Origin: Microthyrium microscopicum
Lineage: Eukaryota
Length of the DNA: 64,000 bases
NCBI GenBank assembly: GCA_010405405.1
Contig: MU004236.1
Location: 1,928,070-1,992,069, forward strand
Reading direction: 5' to 3'
The notes under the pieces were generated by a model. The model saw only the letters and a program-made list of their open reading frames with translations. It ran no database searches and was not told where the DNA came from. This document shows positions 1 through 10,770 of this stretch, piece by piece. Position numbers and translations under genes: made by a program. Every line of letters begins with the position of its first letter. The stretch's first letter is position 1.

Positions 1-539
1 CGCCGCCGGTATTAGAATGGCGTTGAGGCGACAAGTGCTCGCGGAGCGCCCGTGTCAGAAACGTGTTGTGTTGTTGAATCTCAAGAACATGTCGCGAATT
101 CTCCTGGAAGGTCAAGACTCCAGAGATGGAAAGAATAGATCAGACTGGGTAGAGACGGGAGGGATGCGGCGAAATAAAGTGAATGGCTGGGAATAATGAA
201 GAGTAATTAATGTACAGATGGATGTGAAGGTGCTTGGCCTGAACGAATGCAGGACGACCTGACTGTCCTGGTTATTTTTGTACACGCCAAGCCGAGGTTT
301 GTCCAATTAGAGATGCGTGTTTCAGCGGGGCAAATGCATACTAGAGAGGAAACGGCTGAAAGAGCTGGGGAGTTATGCACTGAGTAATCAATATAACACC
401 ATCCCAAGCCAATCAACATCCGCGAGCGGCAAGAAAGACAGCAAGCGGTAAGAAAGAAGCCAAAAGTGGCCTGAAGGAGAATAGTGATTCAGTTTGTAGC
501 GCGCCAATTGTGGCAGGCCAGATCAGATGGTTCCTCATC

Positions 540-849
540 GGGGAGGGTTAGCAGCTCAGATTCTGCTCTTTTTGTTAGCTCGTTTTCTAACCAAAAGCAG
601 ACTGATTAGGCCTTTTTGGCTCTAGCATGTAACCTTATTGTTTCCACAAAATATTTAGGCTGGACAGCTTTGAGCGGCTCAACCAATAATAAGCTACAAA
701 TAGTGCCGCTATACCTTTTCGAGGAGTTCAGATTGAGTTCACGGCGCCAGAACTCAGCTCTGGCGCCGTGAACTCGTTCTGATCTACTAGCCGCTTTGGG
801 TGAAGATCGCCAAATAAAAAGAGCAGAATCTGAGCTGCTAACCCTCCCC
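540..849. mobile_element. MITE / non-autonomous TIR element, 310 bp
   Basis: Perfect 34-bp inverted termini GGGGAGGGTTAGCAGCTCAGATTCTGCTCTTTTT (540-573 and 816-849). Flanked by the 3-bp direct repeat ATC (537-539, 850-852). No credible coding content. Confidence 0.8.
735..775. repeat. Perfect 17-bp-stem hairpin inside the MITE
   Basis: GAGTTCACGGCGCCAGA, 7-nt loop ACTCAGC, then TCTGGCGCCGTGAACTC. Confidence 0.9.
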
Positions 850-1531
850 ATCGAGACTCCTCACTGCTCACTGCTCACTGCCAATTCGCTCCTGCTCAGT
901 TGCTCGACAAGCTGCAGACACTCAGTACTGGAAGGAGCAATCCACAGTCAGTCGGTCGTTCCTTCTTTCTATCGCCATCAACGACTCCTTTGCTCTTTCC
1001 CAAAATATTCACTCTACCAAATCCCCAACACCAACTACATCTCCTCGAATTTGTTTATGGCTCTGTGAGCTTCCTCTAATACTCCTTCATCTTCCTCTTC
1101 AAACCCCGATTTGCGAGTCAATCTTTGCGACATACACCTGTTCGCCCTCCAGACCCCATCTATCACCAACACTATTTTCCATTGCGCCAACCGTTTGCCG
1201 TTGGAATCCTGCACCTGTGAGCTCCTACATCGCGGCGCTTAGAGGATCAAATCCGCCTATACCATTCCTTTCTTCCTTTCTATCTGTCAATTCATTGATT
1301 GTGCTCGGTATGTTGGTTCTGTGCCGCAACTTCACTTCCCTGCCCGCCTATTACTCCTTTTGTTTCATGCCGCATTGCTCATGCCAACCTGCAAGTCGTG
1401 TTTCTGTCTGTTTGCACTCTCTTGTCCCTAAGTCTCCTTCTTCCTTCCTTCATCTTCACTGAGCAGCAGTCTCAACTACTTCATCTCCTGTTGAGCTGCT
1501 CACGCTTGCGCTGCTTTCCTTGCCTTCATAC

Positions 1532-4500
1532 ATGCCGTCAACTTTCGCCATGTCTTCCACTACCGTGTTTTACGAAGCTGACAGTCCTACGCTGAAAAGG
1601 TCCAAATCTGAAAACGACAGTCCAACCTTTTTCGCCTTGTGTCCAACTCCAAAGAAAGTCGAATTCACTATTACTGCGCTCCCTCTACCTTCTCCCACTC
1701 CCAGGACGCCGCGTCGAACCTACGAATCTTCACATCGCAGAAAGGCCAGCATCGAAAAGTCGGGAAGGAAAGTTACAAGCCGGTCTTCCAACATGCAGGC
1801 ACAAAAACCGTCGGCGTTTGCCATGCAACAAGCACCTTCCTTCATGACCGTCTTTCAAAAATCCAATGCCAGCGAGACAAACTCATCAACGCATAGTTCC
1901 AATACCTCACAATCAGATTTATCCAAAGACTCGCATGGACCAGATACGATATTCAGCCCCATAGAGCCTACATCCTTCAACCCATTCCACCAACCGCGGA
2001 ATAGCACTTCAACATCTGCCTCAGAGTCCACCGATTCTTCACCAACTACTACCGTGTCCCTGGATTCATCGAGTATGACGGAACCTTCGCCTGGACCATC
2101 CCCTCAGTCTCCAACCGCCATGCAATTTGCCATGACCGAATCGAGGTTCACGCCAATAGAGGCAGAAACAAAGCCAATGCTACCACCAACGCTTCCTGTA
2201 TTTGAAATGAAGCCCGTGCCTACCTCTTCATCGAGAAAGCCACGGAACCTGAAGAATCTAGCGGTCAATACCACAGCATCTTATAATCTTGGTCGCGCAA
2301 TCGCAACTGCTCCTCTCAAGACTCAAGATACGAGTTCCCGAGTTTCGGCGCCCGCTTCTCCAGCCTTTGTAAAGCCGCCCACTCCTCCAAAGCGCAAACT
2401 AGGGAAGATGAGCTTGACGATAATGACCCCGGCAAACAGTAACCTTAATCCTCTAGCCATACCGGCTACACCCTCAGCAATCAATCGTCCAATGACACTG
2501 AGACATTTCCAATCCTCTCCTTCGCTGCCGTTGTATACTGCTGGCGCTGGACCAACTGGTGGAATGACTCTACCTGCAAGACGAACACAACCGGCGCCAC
2601 GAGGATTTGCAGTGATTCCACAAGAAGTCGAGGAGGAGGAAGATGAATTTAACTACGACGTCCCACAGTCTCGAGAAGAAAAGCCGGAGAGCTATCCCAA
2701 CGGACCCATCCGGATATACGAATCGGGTGTTGATCTTTACTACGAGCCGAGCGTCGAAGTCGCGTCAAGGTACGACGTGATCATGAACGTCGCAAGCGAA
2801 GTCTTGAATCCGTTTGATGTTGCCGAAAAAGCCGCACAAACACTACAGATTTCTCAACCAACATTGAATGTTGGTGTACTTAGCGCAGAATCCTCGAATG
2901 CAGGATCACCAACTACGCCAAAAGCCACTCCAATCACCACCAATGCTCCATCAAATATCTTCACTACTCAGCGAAAGCGCCCGGAGTACATTCATATTCC
3001 TTGGGAACATAACACTGACATAGTTCCTGAATTGCTACAATTAGTAAAAGTCATTGATGATCGCGTAAAGCAGGGAAAGACTGTTCTTGTGCATTGCCAA
3101 TGTGGTGTCAGTAGATCGGCAAGTTTGATTGTGGCATATGGCATGTACACAAATCCTCAACTATCTGTTCAGGAAGCGTATGATGCTGTCAAAGCGCGAA
3201 GCAAATGGATTGGACCCAACATGAGCCTTATTATGCAACTCCAGGAATACCGATCAGCAATGCTTCGAGAGGCTCGTCAAGATCAGGGGTCACAGAACCA
3301 AAGCTTCCCTCACCCACGCAAAGTTTCTACTGGACAAATGTCTTCTACTACCGACTCTTTCGATGTCAAGACACCTAGTGAGCCTGCAACGCCTCGAACT
3401 GGTGCCTTTACCCAAGGACGACCAACTTCTCCACAAAGATTAAACTCCTCGGATTTCGGTCCATTCTCAGCTGGCCCCGTAGAGCCAGGTACTGGATCAA
3501 TCTGGGATTCTGCTTTCACACGCTCTTGGGGTACTGGCCGTGCTAATAATGACGCATCAATGCAAGATGTCTCGATGGTCCCTGATACCAATTACGTGGA
3601 CACCAAAGGACATGTTGTTCCTGTAGTCACAATGGTACAAACTGAGCCTTCGCCCGAGAGAAATACACGCCAAAAGCCAAACCCACCTCCTATCTTCTCA
3701 CGGCCTCTACCTTTCCGAAGGGACTTGGATAATGATACACAAATGTCTGATGCTCCACCAATGGAGGAGCCACTGATGAGTCCTCGATCTACCGAATTTC
3801 ATATGACTTCAATATCACCACCATCTAACGTCGAATCTAACGACACATTTCACATTCTATCTCCCACAACAACGGAGTTCCCCACACATCCCGCTTTCCC
3901 CTTGACGCTTCCTCGTGCACCAGCTCCAGCCTCTACTCCTATCGAGGCACCAATACGGTCTCAGATTCCTCCACCTCCACCAGCTCGCGCAGCTCCCTTG
4001 CCTCCACCCAGGAGAGAGGTTCAAATGGAGTCATTGGATTCCATATTCTCGCCTACTGTGACAGGTTTTCCGGAATGGCCTTTGAGCAACTCCCAGCCTA
4101 TCCAAAATGGCCTTGCGCCGCCTTCAAGACCAGCGCAGAGAGTCGACTCTTTAATACCGGACTCTCCTCCTATGAGCCTCGGTGATTCGCCAAAGCCAAA
4201 CATGCGTTTAAGATCAAAGTTCTCAGCGCCCAACTTATCGGAATGCATCAAGCTACAAAAAATCCAGACGGATATCGCCAACAAGCTACCACAAAAGTCG
4301 GCCGAAGCTGAAGAAGCACTGCTTAGTCCCAGAGCTTACAACTTTGTTGCTAATCCATTCCATCGCGTCCCCACTCCGGTCGCTGAGGAGCCTTCCTTGA
4401 CTATACCTGTGGTTCGGAAACAAAAGTCGGCTGATACGCTCACAACTCCACCTGCCACGAGTGACAGCCCATCAACTCCAACACCGAGCGATCCTAGAAG

Positions 4501-4555
4501 TCCCGCTCAGTTTGGCATTAGTCCCATCAATCGAAATATCTGGGGCATGATCTGA
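1532..4555 (+). CDS. pmp1: Dual-specificity (MAPK) protein phosphatase, Pmp1/Msg5-like
   Basis: Single ORF of about 1007 aa from the first ATG (1532). Catalytic HCQCGVSRSAS (HCx5R), WEHN loop, IGPNMSLIMQL motif, long S/P-rich flanks. Confidence 0.9.
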   Translation: MPSTFAMSSTTVFYEADSPTLKRSKSENDSPTFFALCPTPKKVEFTITALPLPSPTPRTPRRTYESSHRRKASIEKSGRKVTSRSSNMQAQKPSAFAMQQAPSFMTVFQKSNASETNSSTHSSNTSQSDLSKDSHGPDTIFSPIEPTSFNPFHQPRNSTSTSASESTDSSPTTTVSLDSSSMTEPSPGPSPQSPTAMQFAMTESRFTPIEAETKPMLPPTLPVFEMKPVPTSSSRKPRNLKNLAVNTTASYNLGRAIATAPLKTQDTSSRVSAPASPAFVKPPTPPKRKLGKMSLTIMTPANSNLNPLAIPATPSAINRPMTLRHFQSSPSLPLYTAGAGPTGGMTLPARRTQPAPRGFAVIPQEVEEEEDEFNYDVPQSREEKPESYPNGPIRIYESGVDLYYEPSVEVASRYDVIMNVASEVLNPFDVAEKAAQTLQISQPTLNVGVLSAESSNAGSPTTPKATPITTNAPSNIFTTQRKRPEYIHIPWEHNTDIVPELLQLVKVIDDRVKQGKTVLVHCQCGVSRSASLIVAYGMYTNPQLSVQEAYDAVKARSKWIGPNMSLIMQLQEYRSAMLREARQDQGSQNQSFPHPRKVSTGQMSSTTDSFDVKTPSEPATPRTGAFTQGRPTSPQRLNSSDFGPFSAGPVEPGTGSIWDSAFTRSWGTGRANNDASMQDVSMVPDTNYVDTKGHVVPVVTMVQTEPSPERNTRQKPNPPPIFSRPLPFRRDLDNDTQMSDAPPMEEPLMSPRSTEFHMTSISPPSNVESNDTFHILSPTTTEFPTHPAFPLTLPRAPAPASTPIEAPIRSQIPPPPPARAAPLPPPRREVQMESLDSIFSPTVTGFPEWPLSNSQPIQNGLAPPSRPAQRVDSLIPDSPPMSLGDSPKPNMRLRSKFSAPNLSECIKLQKIQTDIANKLPQKSAEAEEALLSPRAYNFVANPFHRVPTPVAEEPSLTIPVVRKQKSADTLTTPPATSDSPSTPTPSDPRSPAQFGISPINRNIWGMI

Positions 4556-5442
4556 AGCAATCTATAACAACGAGTTACGACATAACGGATCTTAAGGCAC
4601 GCTAGCAACAGGATACGCTGCTCACACCACTGTACGATAATAAAAGCAACGAAGACGAAGAAGAAACTCCATGGTCCAATGTGACCAAATCCAAGCCGCC
4701 CATCCACTCCAACCAAACTTCCGCGGGGCCCACCCAACTTATCAATCCCAAATAATGAAAATACCTATTCACAGTCACACACATATACCAATATATGGTT
4801 ACTTACACGTCAACATTTCCTACCATTTGATTTTTATCTGCTATACCCGCGCTCCTACCCGTGAGACGCACAACCTGTACAATGCAAGCATACGGGAGTC
4901 CTCTGATCGATCTTGGTTTTTCTTTTGTACACACTCCTCCTACATACTCACAATGACGGCCAAAATGCCTTGGCATCTGAAACGGTGCATGGTATTTGGT
5001 GCTGTGAAACTTGTTCTTAGTTTATAACTTTTTACTTCCATCAATGTGTTGGATGCGGAAATATTTATTGGGATGGGCTGAGATGCCCTTATGGTGCCAT
5101 ATGAGTACTCTTTTGGTGCCGATTTGAGCGCCAAAGGTGGGCCTTTTGGTTGGGCGGTGATGGATTTTATGATGGGATGGCATTGGGATGGGAACACGAT
5201 AGTATTGAGTTTAAATTTAATTTATCCACTTCTCATAAGATCATTTCCCGCAATCGAGTAGAGACTGAACATTAACCATCGCATGAAGGTCAAGAAACAG
5301 ATACAAGTCTTCGATATTGATAATGCGCGAATACGTAAAACTACATAGCCTAGATCTCAAACACCAAACTCGAAAACCTAGAGTAAGCGATGGAACCAGT
5401 CAGTCATACTACACATCTCTTCAATCCATCCGAACCATCCTC

Positions 5443-5921
5443 CTAACAATAAATCTGGAAAGACCGTCTCACACTAACGTCCCAACAAGTCCTCGTCTCA
5501 ATCAAATACGCCGATTCTCCAGTCCAATCCGAGCGATTAAACACTCTTACTATAAAAAGCCCACAGTCAGTACAACCATCAACGTCAACAGCGCAGAGTT
5601 TGCCAAATCAAGTCAACGAATTAAATTTCACGTACCTTCGCAACCGCCTGCTAGGCTGTCTATCTTCATAGATGTCGAGCTATCTGGATAGCATATCCCG
5701 TCATTTACGTACGCTGTTCGGCCGGATCCGGCACAGCGGGGACTTCCACAAAGGTCTAGCTCTGCTGTGTATTGTGGCGCTCGGCTGGTGAGATGGGGAT
5801 GCTCATATAAGGTGGGAATTGAAGATGTGTCTGTGGAGACTGGGTTGAAAGGGAGTACTGAGATTGCTGTGGCTAGGAGGGCGAAGATGGGGAGGATATG
5901 GGTGATGGGAAATTTGGACAT
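5443..5921 (-). CDS. Small secreted cysteine-rich protein (130 aa, 6 Cys)
   Basis: Exons 5921-5636 and 5549-5443; intron 5635-5550 GTACGT..TACTGAC..TAG. Signal-peptide-like MSKFPITHILPIFALLATAIS, pro-region ending LTSR, protein ends QIYC*. Confidence 0.75.
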
Positions 5922-6817
5922 GGTGGTGATGGGAGTCGTGGCGATGATGGTGGATTGTGATGGAATGAATTCGAACTCTATTGGCGAGGCCATGGAGGAG
6001 ATTTATACGGAGAGACGAACAATTGACTCATCGTTTGTGCCACTATGCCTACCAAAGCGAGATGTCATATCTATAGTAGAATTGTCACACTTTAGACATC
6101 GAACCCACCGCCTTCTGTCTCCCCGATCCCCAAGACGTTTCATACGCGCCGAAGCGATTGATCTTGAAAAAGGTGATGATAGGTGTTTAGTTGGTGAGTA
6201 CTATCAACCCAACCTCTCGTGAATCACCATGACTTGGCTGGGTTGGTCAACATAGGCACGAAAGTAAGCGGTGGAGACGAAGTACAATAATCACTTGGGT
6301 CGGTCTGTACCTGGTCTGGCTATACTTGATGGACAGCAGCTGTTGGAGCAACTTTGCTAGCTTCTCAACATGTATCAATATCATGAATCACGTTCGTTTG
6401 TGTAGCTTTCGTATATGGCCTTGTCTTGGCCTCCAGATTCTGTAGGCCATTTACTTGGATTGAGTTAGCCGAAAAATTTATGTGCACAAATCCGAGCCTT
6501 GTGTAGGTATTTAAGTAGAAACTTCAAGTTCCTCATCTTTCAATAGATATGAAGATTCCGACTCAAACTGAAAGGATTATCATGGCCTGGGCGGCCAATA
6601 TTCGATGGCTTCGAACACTCATCAGTAACCTGCTGTCAGTCCTACGAGATATTTTTCATCTTGGAGCACATCGTGTATTTCTTAGATAGCAGACAGTCGT
6701 CCAATCGTACCCAACCAGAGAATATGATGGCTGAGCCTTTTCCAACTTCATCCTTCTTTTACAGAGCGGCCGTTTTTTCCCGGGAGTGATCTCATTATCG
6801 CACCCCAAAGCTCATTC

Positions 6818-7578
6818 TTGGTCCTCCATGCTTCGATGTCAGAATCAGAAGATACGGAAGCAGCCGCGGACATGCCTCAAGGCCTGGACTCAACATTTTC
6901 TAATGAGGCGTGTGCGCACCCATGGCCAGCGAACCAAGATCACCTTTCCGGGACGGCCAAACTCGAAGATTCTGGGAACTCACTCTGCCTTGCCTATCAA
7001 CAGCTAGACCTCGATGAAATGTATAGGCCCGGATTCATTTGCCGTTCAGACGACCCAGCCCGCGTCGAAAAACTCCCAGGTAATGCTGACTGTCAAGACT
7101 GTGCACTTTGCCGCTTCATATTTCAGCTCAACGCTTCGATACCAGGAAGCAGAAGACACCTAGAGCTTGATGCTGGTACGGCTGCTTGACGGAGCCTACT
7201 CTGCGGGTTGCTGTGGAACGCTGCTGGCTCGTTATAAGAGAGACGGCTTTCCTAGCTGGAGCTGGGCAGGATGGCGTGGTAGATTGAACGATATGGAATT
7301 TCTTTCGCATAACTACCTATGAGCCGGCGACAGGATATATCGGCGTAGCCATGGAATCAAGTAACAGTGACTGGATGAAATGGCATGATTCGCAGACTAA
7401 AACTATAAGAGAATACCATTACATTTGGCAAAACGACATCCTGTGCTTTATATTCCAGCATTTGTGGACGTTGACTTCATTGAGAACGACGAGGTATCAT
7501 CGAGTGCCCAACCTCGCGCATTCCGCACCGGCGCTTGTGTCGATGGAACCTATCTTGGTAGATATAATTGAAATGTAA
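6818..7578 (+). pseudogene. Degenerate HET-domain-protein remnant
   Basis: CxLCRF N-terminal motif, then GLLW and FPSWSWAGW (7248-7274) in different frames with stops between. These motifs are typical of the C-terminal region of HET-domain proteins. The HET core itself is not visible. Boundaries approximate. Confidence 0.55.
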
Positions 7579-8637
7579 ATAACCTTGGCGATCGACCCCG
7601 ACAAAGCCATTGTAAATGTCACCAAACAATATCGCTGTCACAAATCCTGTTGGTTAGAAGACTTGTAAGCAGCTCGCACTATGAGCGAATTGGTTCAGCT
7701 AGCTTGAGTTCTTCGGGAGTTGAAGGCTTTTGCGGTTTGACTGGAGCAGAGATGGAGGAAATAACCATGAAGTAGTATTTCTAGCCGGTATCAACGGTCC
7801 TTTTATGAGGTTGGATGGATTTCGCTACGACATTTAGGGTCTGTCAAGGGTTTTCGGATGGACGCTCGTACCTACCAAAGAAAAATGAGTTGGAAGCGAA
7901 AGCAATGAAGCGTTCATCCGTCAGCGCGAGAGACTGTTTCAAATCGTTTGATATTAACTGTCTGTTAGTTCAGCGCAACGGGATATTGCTGGGAGTCAGC
8001 AGGATCAAAATCAGTCACTAGTACGTCAAGTAATACCAAATAGAGATCATATCAGTTCATTCCATTCATCCGTCCATTCAAGAGGACAGACGTTTATCTA
8101 CAGAGCATTAAAAGCGTACTACTGCAACAACAGGGGATTTATCATATCATTTCGCCATGGACCCAAAAACCCGAAAAGGACGGACCCCCTGAAGATAAAG
8201 CGCCCATGGAAATAAAGTAATCCCAATGAAGCTCATTTGAGCCATACAAAATCGTTATTGAGGTACATGGAACTTCGCCATGGATAAACCTTAAGTTTCC
8301 AAGCAACGCCAGCAAAATGGTTTAATACGAGAAAAAAAGAATTATGTAGCAAGAAAAGCGGCTCAAATGGCCGAAGTAGAGGATGATTCAGAGGAGGAGG
8401 AAGTAGTGTCGTCAAGCGGCTCGCCAGAAGTCCGATACTATCGAACAGATGCTTTGCGCGTAGACATGACTGGCCGACGGGGTTTGGAGTTGCTCGCTGA
8501 AGCAACCATCGACGGTCTTCGGACGGGGGTTGGTCGGGGATCATGCTCGACGTTTCTGGGACGACTGCTGCCGGGTTCTTCAACATCTGCACCACAAATA
8601 CAATATTAGCCCTGCTCTTTAATAGCCATACGCTTGC

Positions 8638-10770
8638 CTATTGCGTGGAAATTGGATAATTTCTGCCTGTACGCATAGAGGCAAAAGGATTGTAGTCCTT
8701 AGCGGTACTGCTAGTTCGCCTGCTGCTTGTAGGCCGGCTAAAGGCGATGTCATCATTGGTGAAGCGCTTACTGTAGGAGACTGGATAATCTTGGTTGGAT
8801 GGGTAGGACGGAGTGGATGGATATCCTGGGGTCCGCTCGCCGTAGAGTTTATCGCGTGAGTAGTCTCTGTCTCGGTCTCGGCGTGAAGATCGCTCAGGGG
8901 AGCGAGCTCTTGGAACTGCGCGTGAGCCAGCGGAAGTTGACGGCCTCTTTTCAGTTCCATAGGATGATGAAGGACGGCGTGCCTCTCCTCGTGGAGGGAC
9001 CATGCTGGCAAGAGTATGCATCTTTGTGGCGGTTGCTGACGGACGCTCCACCGAAGGACTTCTTCGCCGGGATGATGCCGTGGTTGGGACTCGGGTTTCT
9101 GTTTGATATCGTGGATCTACTTGGACTGGGCGGGCAGATGACCCGCTTGGTTCTTGCTGTGCATAGAGATAAGACGTTGTCTTCACAGGTTTCGCTGGTC
9201 TTTGGGCCTTGGCCGTTCCTGAGCCATTGGTTCCAGAACTCGAGTAGCCAGAATCTGGTAGAACAGAATCTCTTAGCTTAGATGATGCAGTGGCAGTTGC
9301 GTTTCGTCGCGCAGAAGTGTTGGATGTTGGGACTGAATCCATTGTTCGGGCACGGGGCATGCTTGGATAAGGGGCTTCGCTCGTTGGTGGCTCTGTTCGA
9401 TGTCTTGTAGGGGCACCATAATCAGAATTAACAATAGGCGGAGAAGAATTGTGGTGTTGAAGAATTGGCGGACGCTTAGTGTATGGTTCGACGTTTTCTT
9501 TTGTGGTACGTTGTGGAACAGCGCCATCATCTCGTTCAGCCCGTCGTCGGGCTTTCTCACGATCATCTCGTAATCGACGTTCCTCGGCTTCGCGACGAGT
9601 AGTTTCGCGCGCCTCAGCGCGTTGTTGTTCCACGCGAGCATCTTGTTGTTGTTGAAGCTTCTCGGCTTGGATGCGAGCCTCACGGGCTTCACGTGCCTCG
9701 CGGTCACGCTCTGCTGCTAGCCGGTCGCGTTCGGCCTTTTCGGCTTTTCGTGCTGCTCGGTCTCTTACATAGTATTCGTTGCGTTGCCTTTCCTCTGCTG
9801 CCCGCTCGCGCTCGCGCTCCAGTTGCTGTTGGAGCCTAATTCGTTCTCGTTCCTCGCGCGCTAGTTTTTCCCTTTCAACTCTGGGATCTCGCTCTGAAGG
9901 GGACCGACGAGCGGAGCTTCGCGTTGGATCTCTGGTTGATGTTCGACGAGTCATACCAGGTCGTTGTGCAGTCGTAGGTGGTTTCGATCGATTTGACTCT
10001 GTATATTGCTGGGCGGTCTCTGCCATACTGGCATATTTGTGTCCAAGATCGTTGATATCAATCTCAGGATCAGCCGTGCGAGGAGGAGGAGCAGCAGCAG
10101 CGGCGCGTCTCTTCCGTTCCATGTCATCACGTTGACGCTTCTCCTCCTGCCATTGTGTATAACGTTCTTGTTCAGCTTCTTTTCTTGCACGCTCTTGGCG
10201 GATCTGATCTTGACGGGCTTGGTCTTCTCTTCTCCGTTGATCGCGACGTCGCTCATCGTCACGATCAGCGCGAGGGCGCTCTGCTGGCCGGGAAGCCCCG
10301 CCAGCAGGACGTCTCGATGTGCCGAAATAGTCTTCATTATGTTGTCTTGAGTAGTCGGGGATGTCGGTTTCGTCCGCGTAGCCACGAGGAGCTCGGTCTT
10401 GCACATTTGTTGGTCCTCTTGAAGTGTATGCTGTTGTGTTCGCGGTGGCCGGGTAGGCAAAGGTTTGCGCTCTTTGTAGTCCGCGTCCTCCAGGTCCTGG
10501 ACCCCCCATCCGAGCTCTTTCTTTCCTTAACGCCTCTAATCTCATGAGCGCATCATAACGAGACCGCTCATCATCATCTCCAAGGATGGCATAAGCCTGG
10601 TTTAACCGCTGAAATTCATCAGTTCTCTCCTGCCTTAATTCGTCATCCTTGCATTTATCAGGATGTTTTTGAAGCGCGAGCTTGCGAAATGCCTTTTTTA
10701 TAACAATAGGCTCTGCGGTCCTATCCACTCCAAGGACTTCGTAAGGGTCGAAATTTGGAAGATCGGCCAT
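8638..10770 (-). CDS. DnaJ/Hsp40 J-domain protein with a long charged, low-complexity C-terminus
   Basis: N-terminal DPYEVLGV...AFRKLALQKHPDK...FQRLNQAYAILGD J domain with the HPD motif; 710 aa. Confidence 0.9.
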   Translation of the reverse strand: MADLPNFDPYEVLGVDRTAEPIVIKKAFRKLALQKHPDKCKDDELRQERTDEFQRLNQAYAILGDDDERSRYDALMRLEALRKERARMGGPGPGGRGLQRAQTFAYPATANTTAYTSRGPTNVQDRAPRGYADETDIPDYSRQHNEDYFGTSRRPAGGASRPAERPRADRDDERRRDQRRREDQARQDQIRQERARKEAEQERYTQWQEEKRQRDDMERKRRAAAAAPPPRTADPEIDINDLGHKYASMAETAQQYTESNRSKPPTTAQRPGMTRRTSTRDPTRSSARRSPSERDPRVEREKLAREERERIRLQQQLERERERAAEERQRNEYYVRDRAARKAEKAERDRLAAERDREAREAREARIQAEKLQQQQDARVEQQRAEARETTRREAEERRLRDDREKARRRAERDDGAVPQRTTKENVEPYTKRPPILQHHNSSPPIVNSDYGAPTRHRTEPPTSEAPYPSMPRARTMDSVPTSNTSARRNATATASSKLRDSVLPDSGYSSSGTNGSGTAKAQRPAKPVKTTSYLYAQQEPSGSSARPVQVDPRYQTETRVPTTASSRRRSPSVERPSATATKMHTLASMVPPRGEARRPSSSYGTEKRPSTSAGSRAVPRARSPERSSRRDRDRDYSRDKLYGERTPGYPSTPSYPSNQDYPVSYSKRFTNDDIAFSRPTSSRRTSSTAKDYNPFASMRTGRNYPISTQ

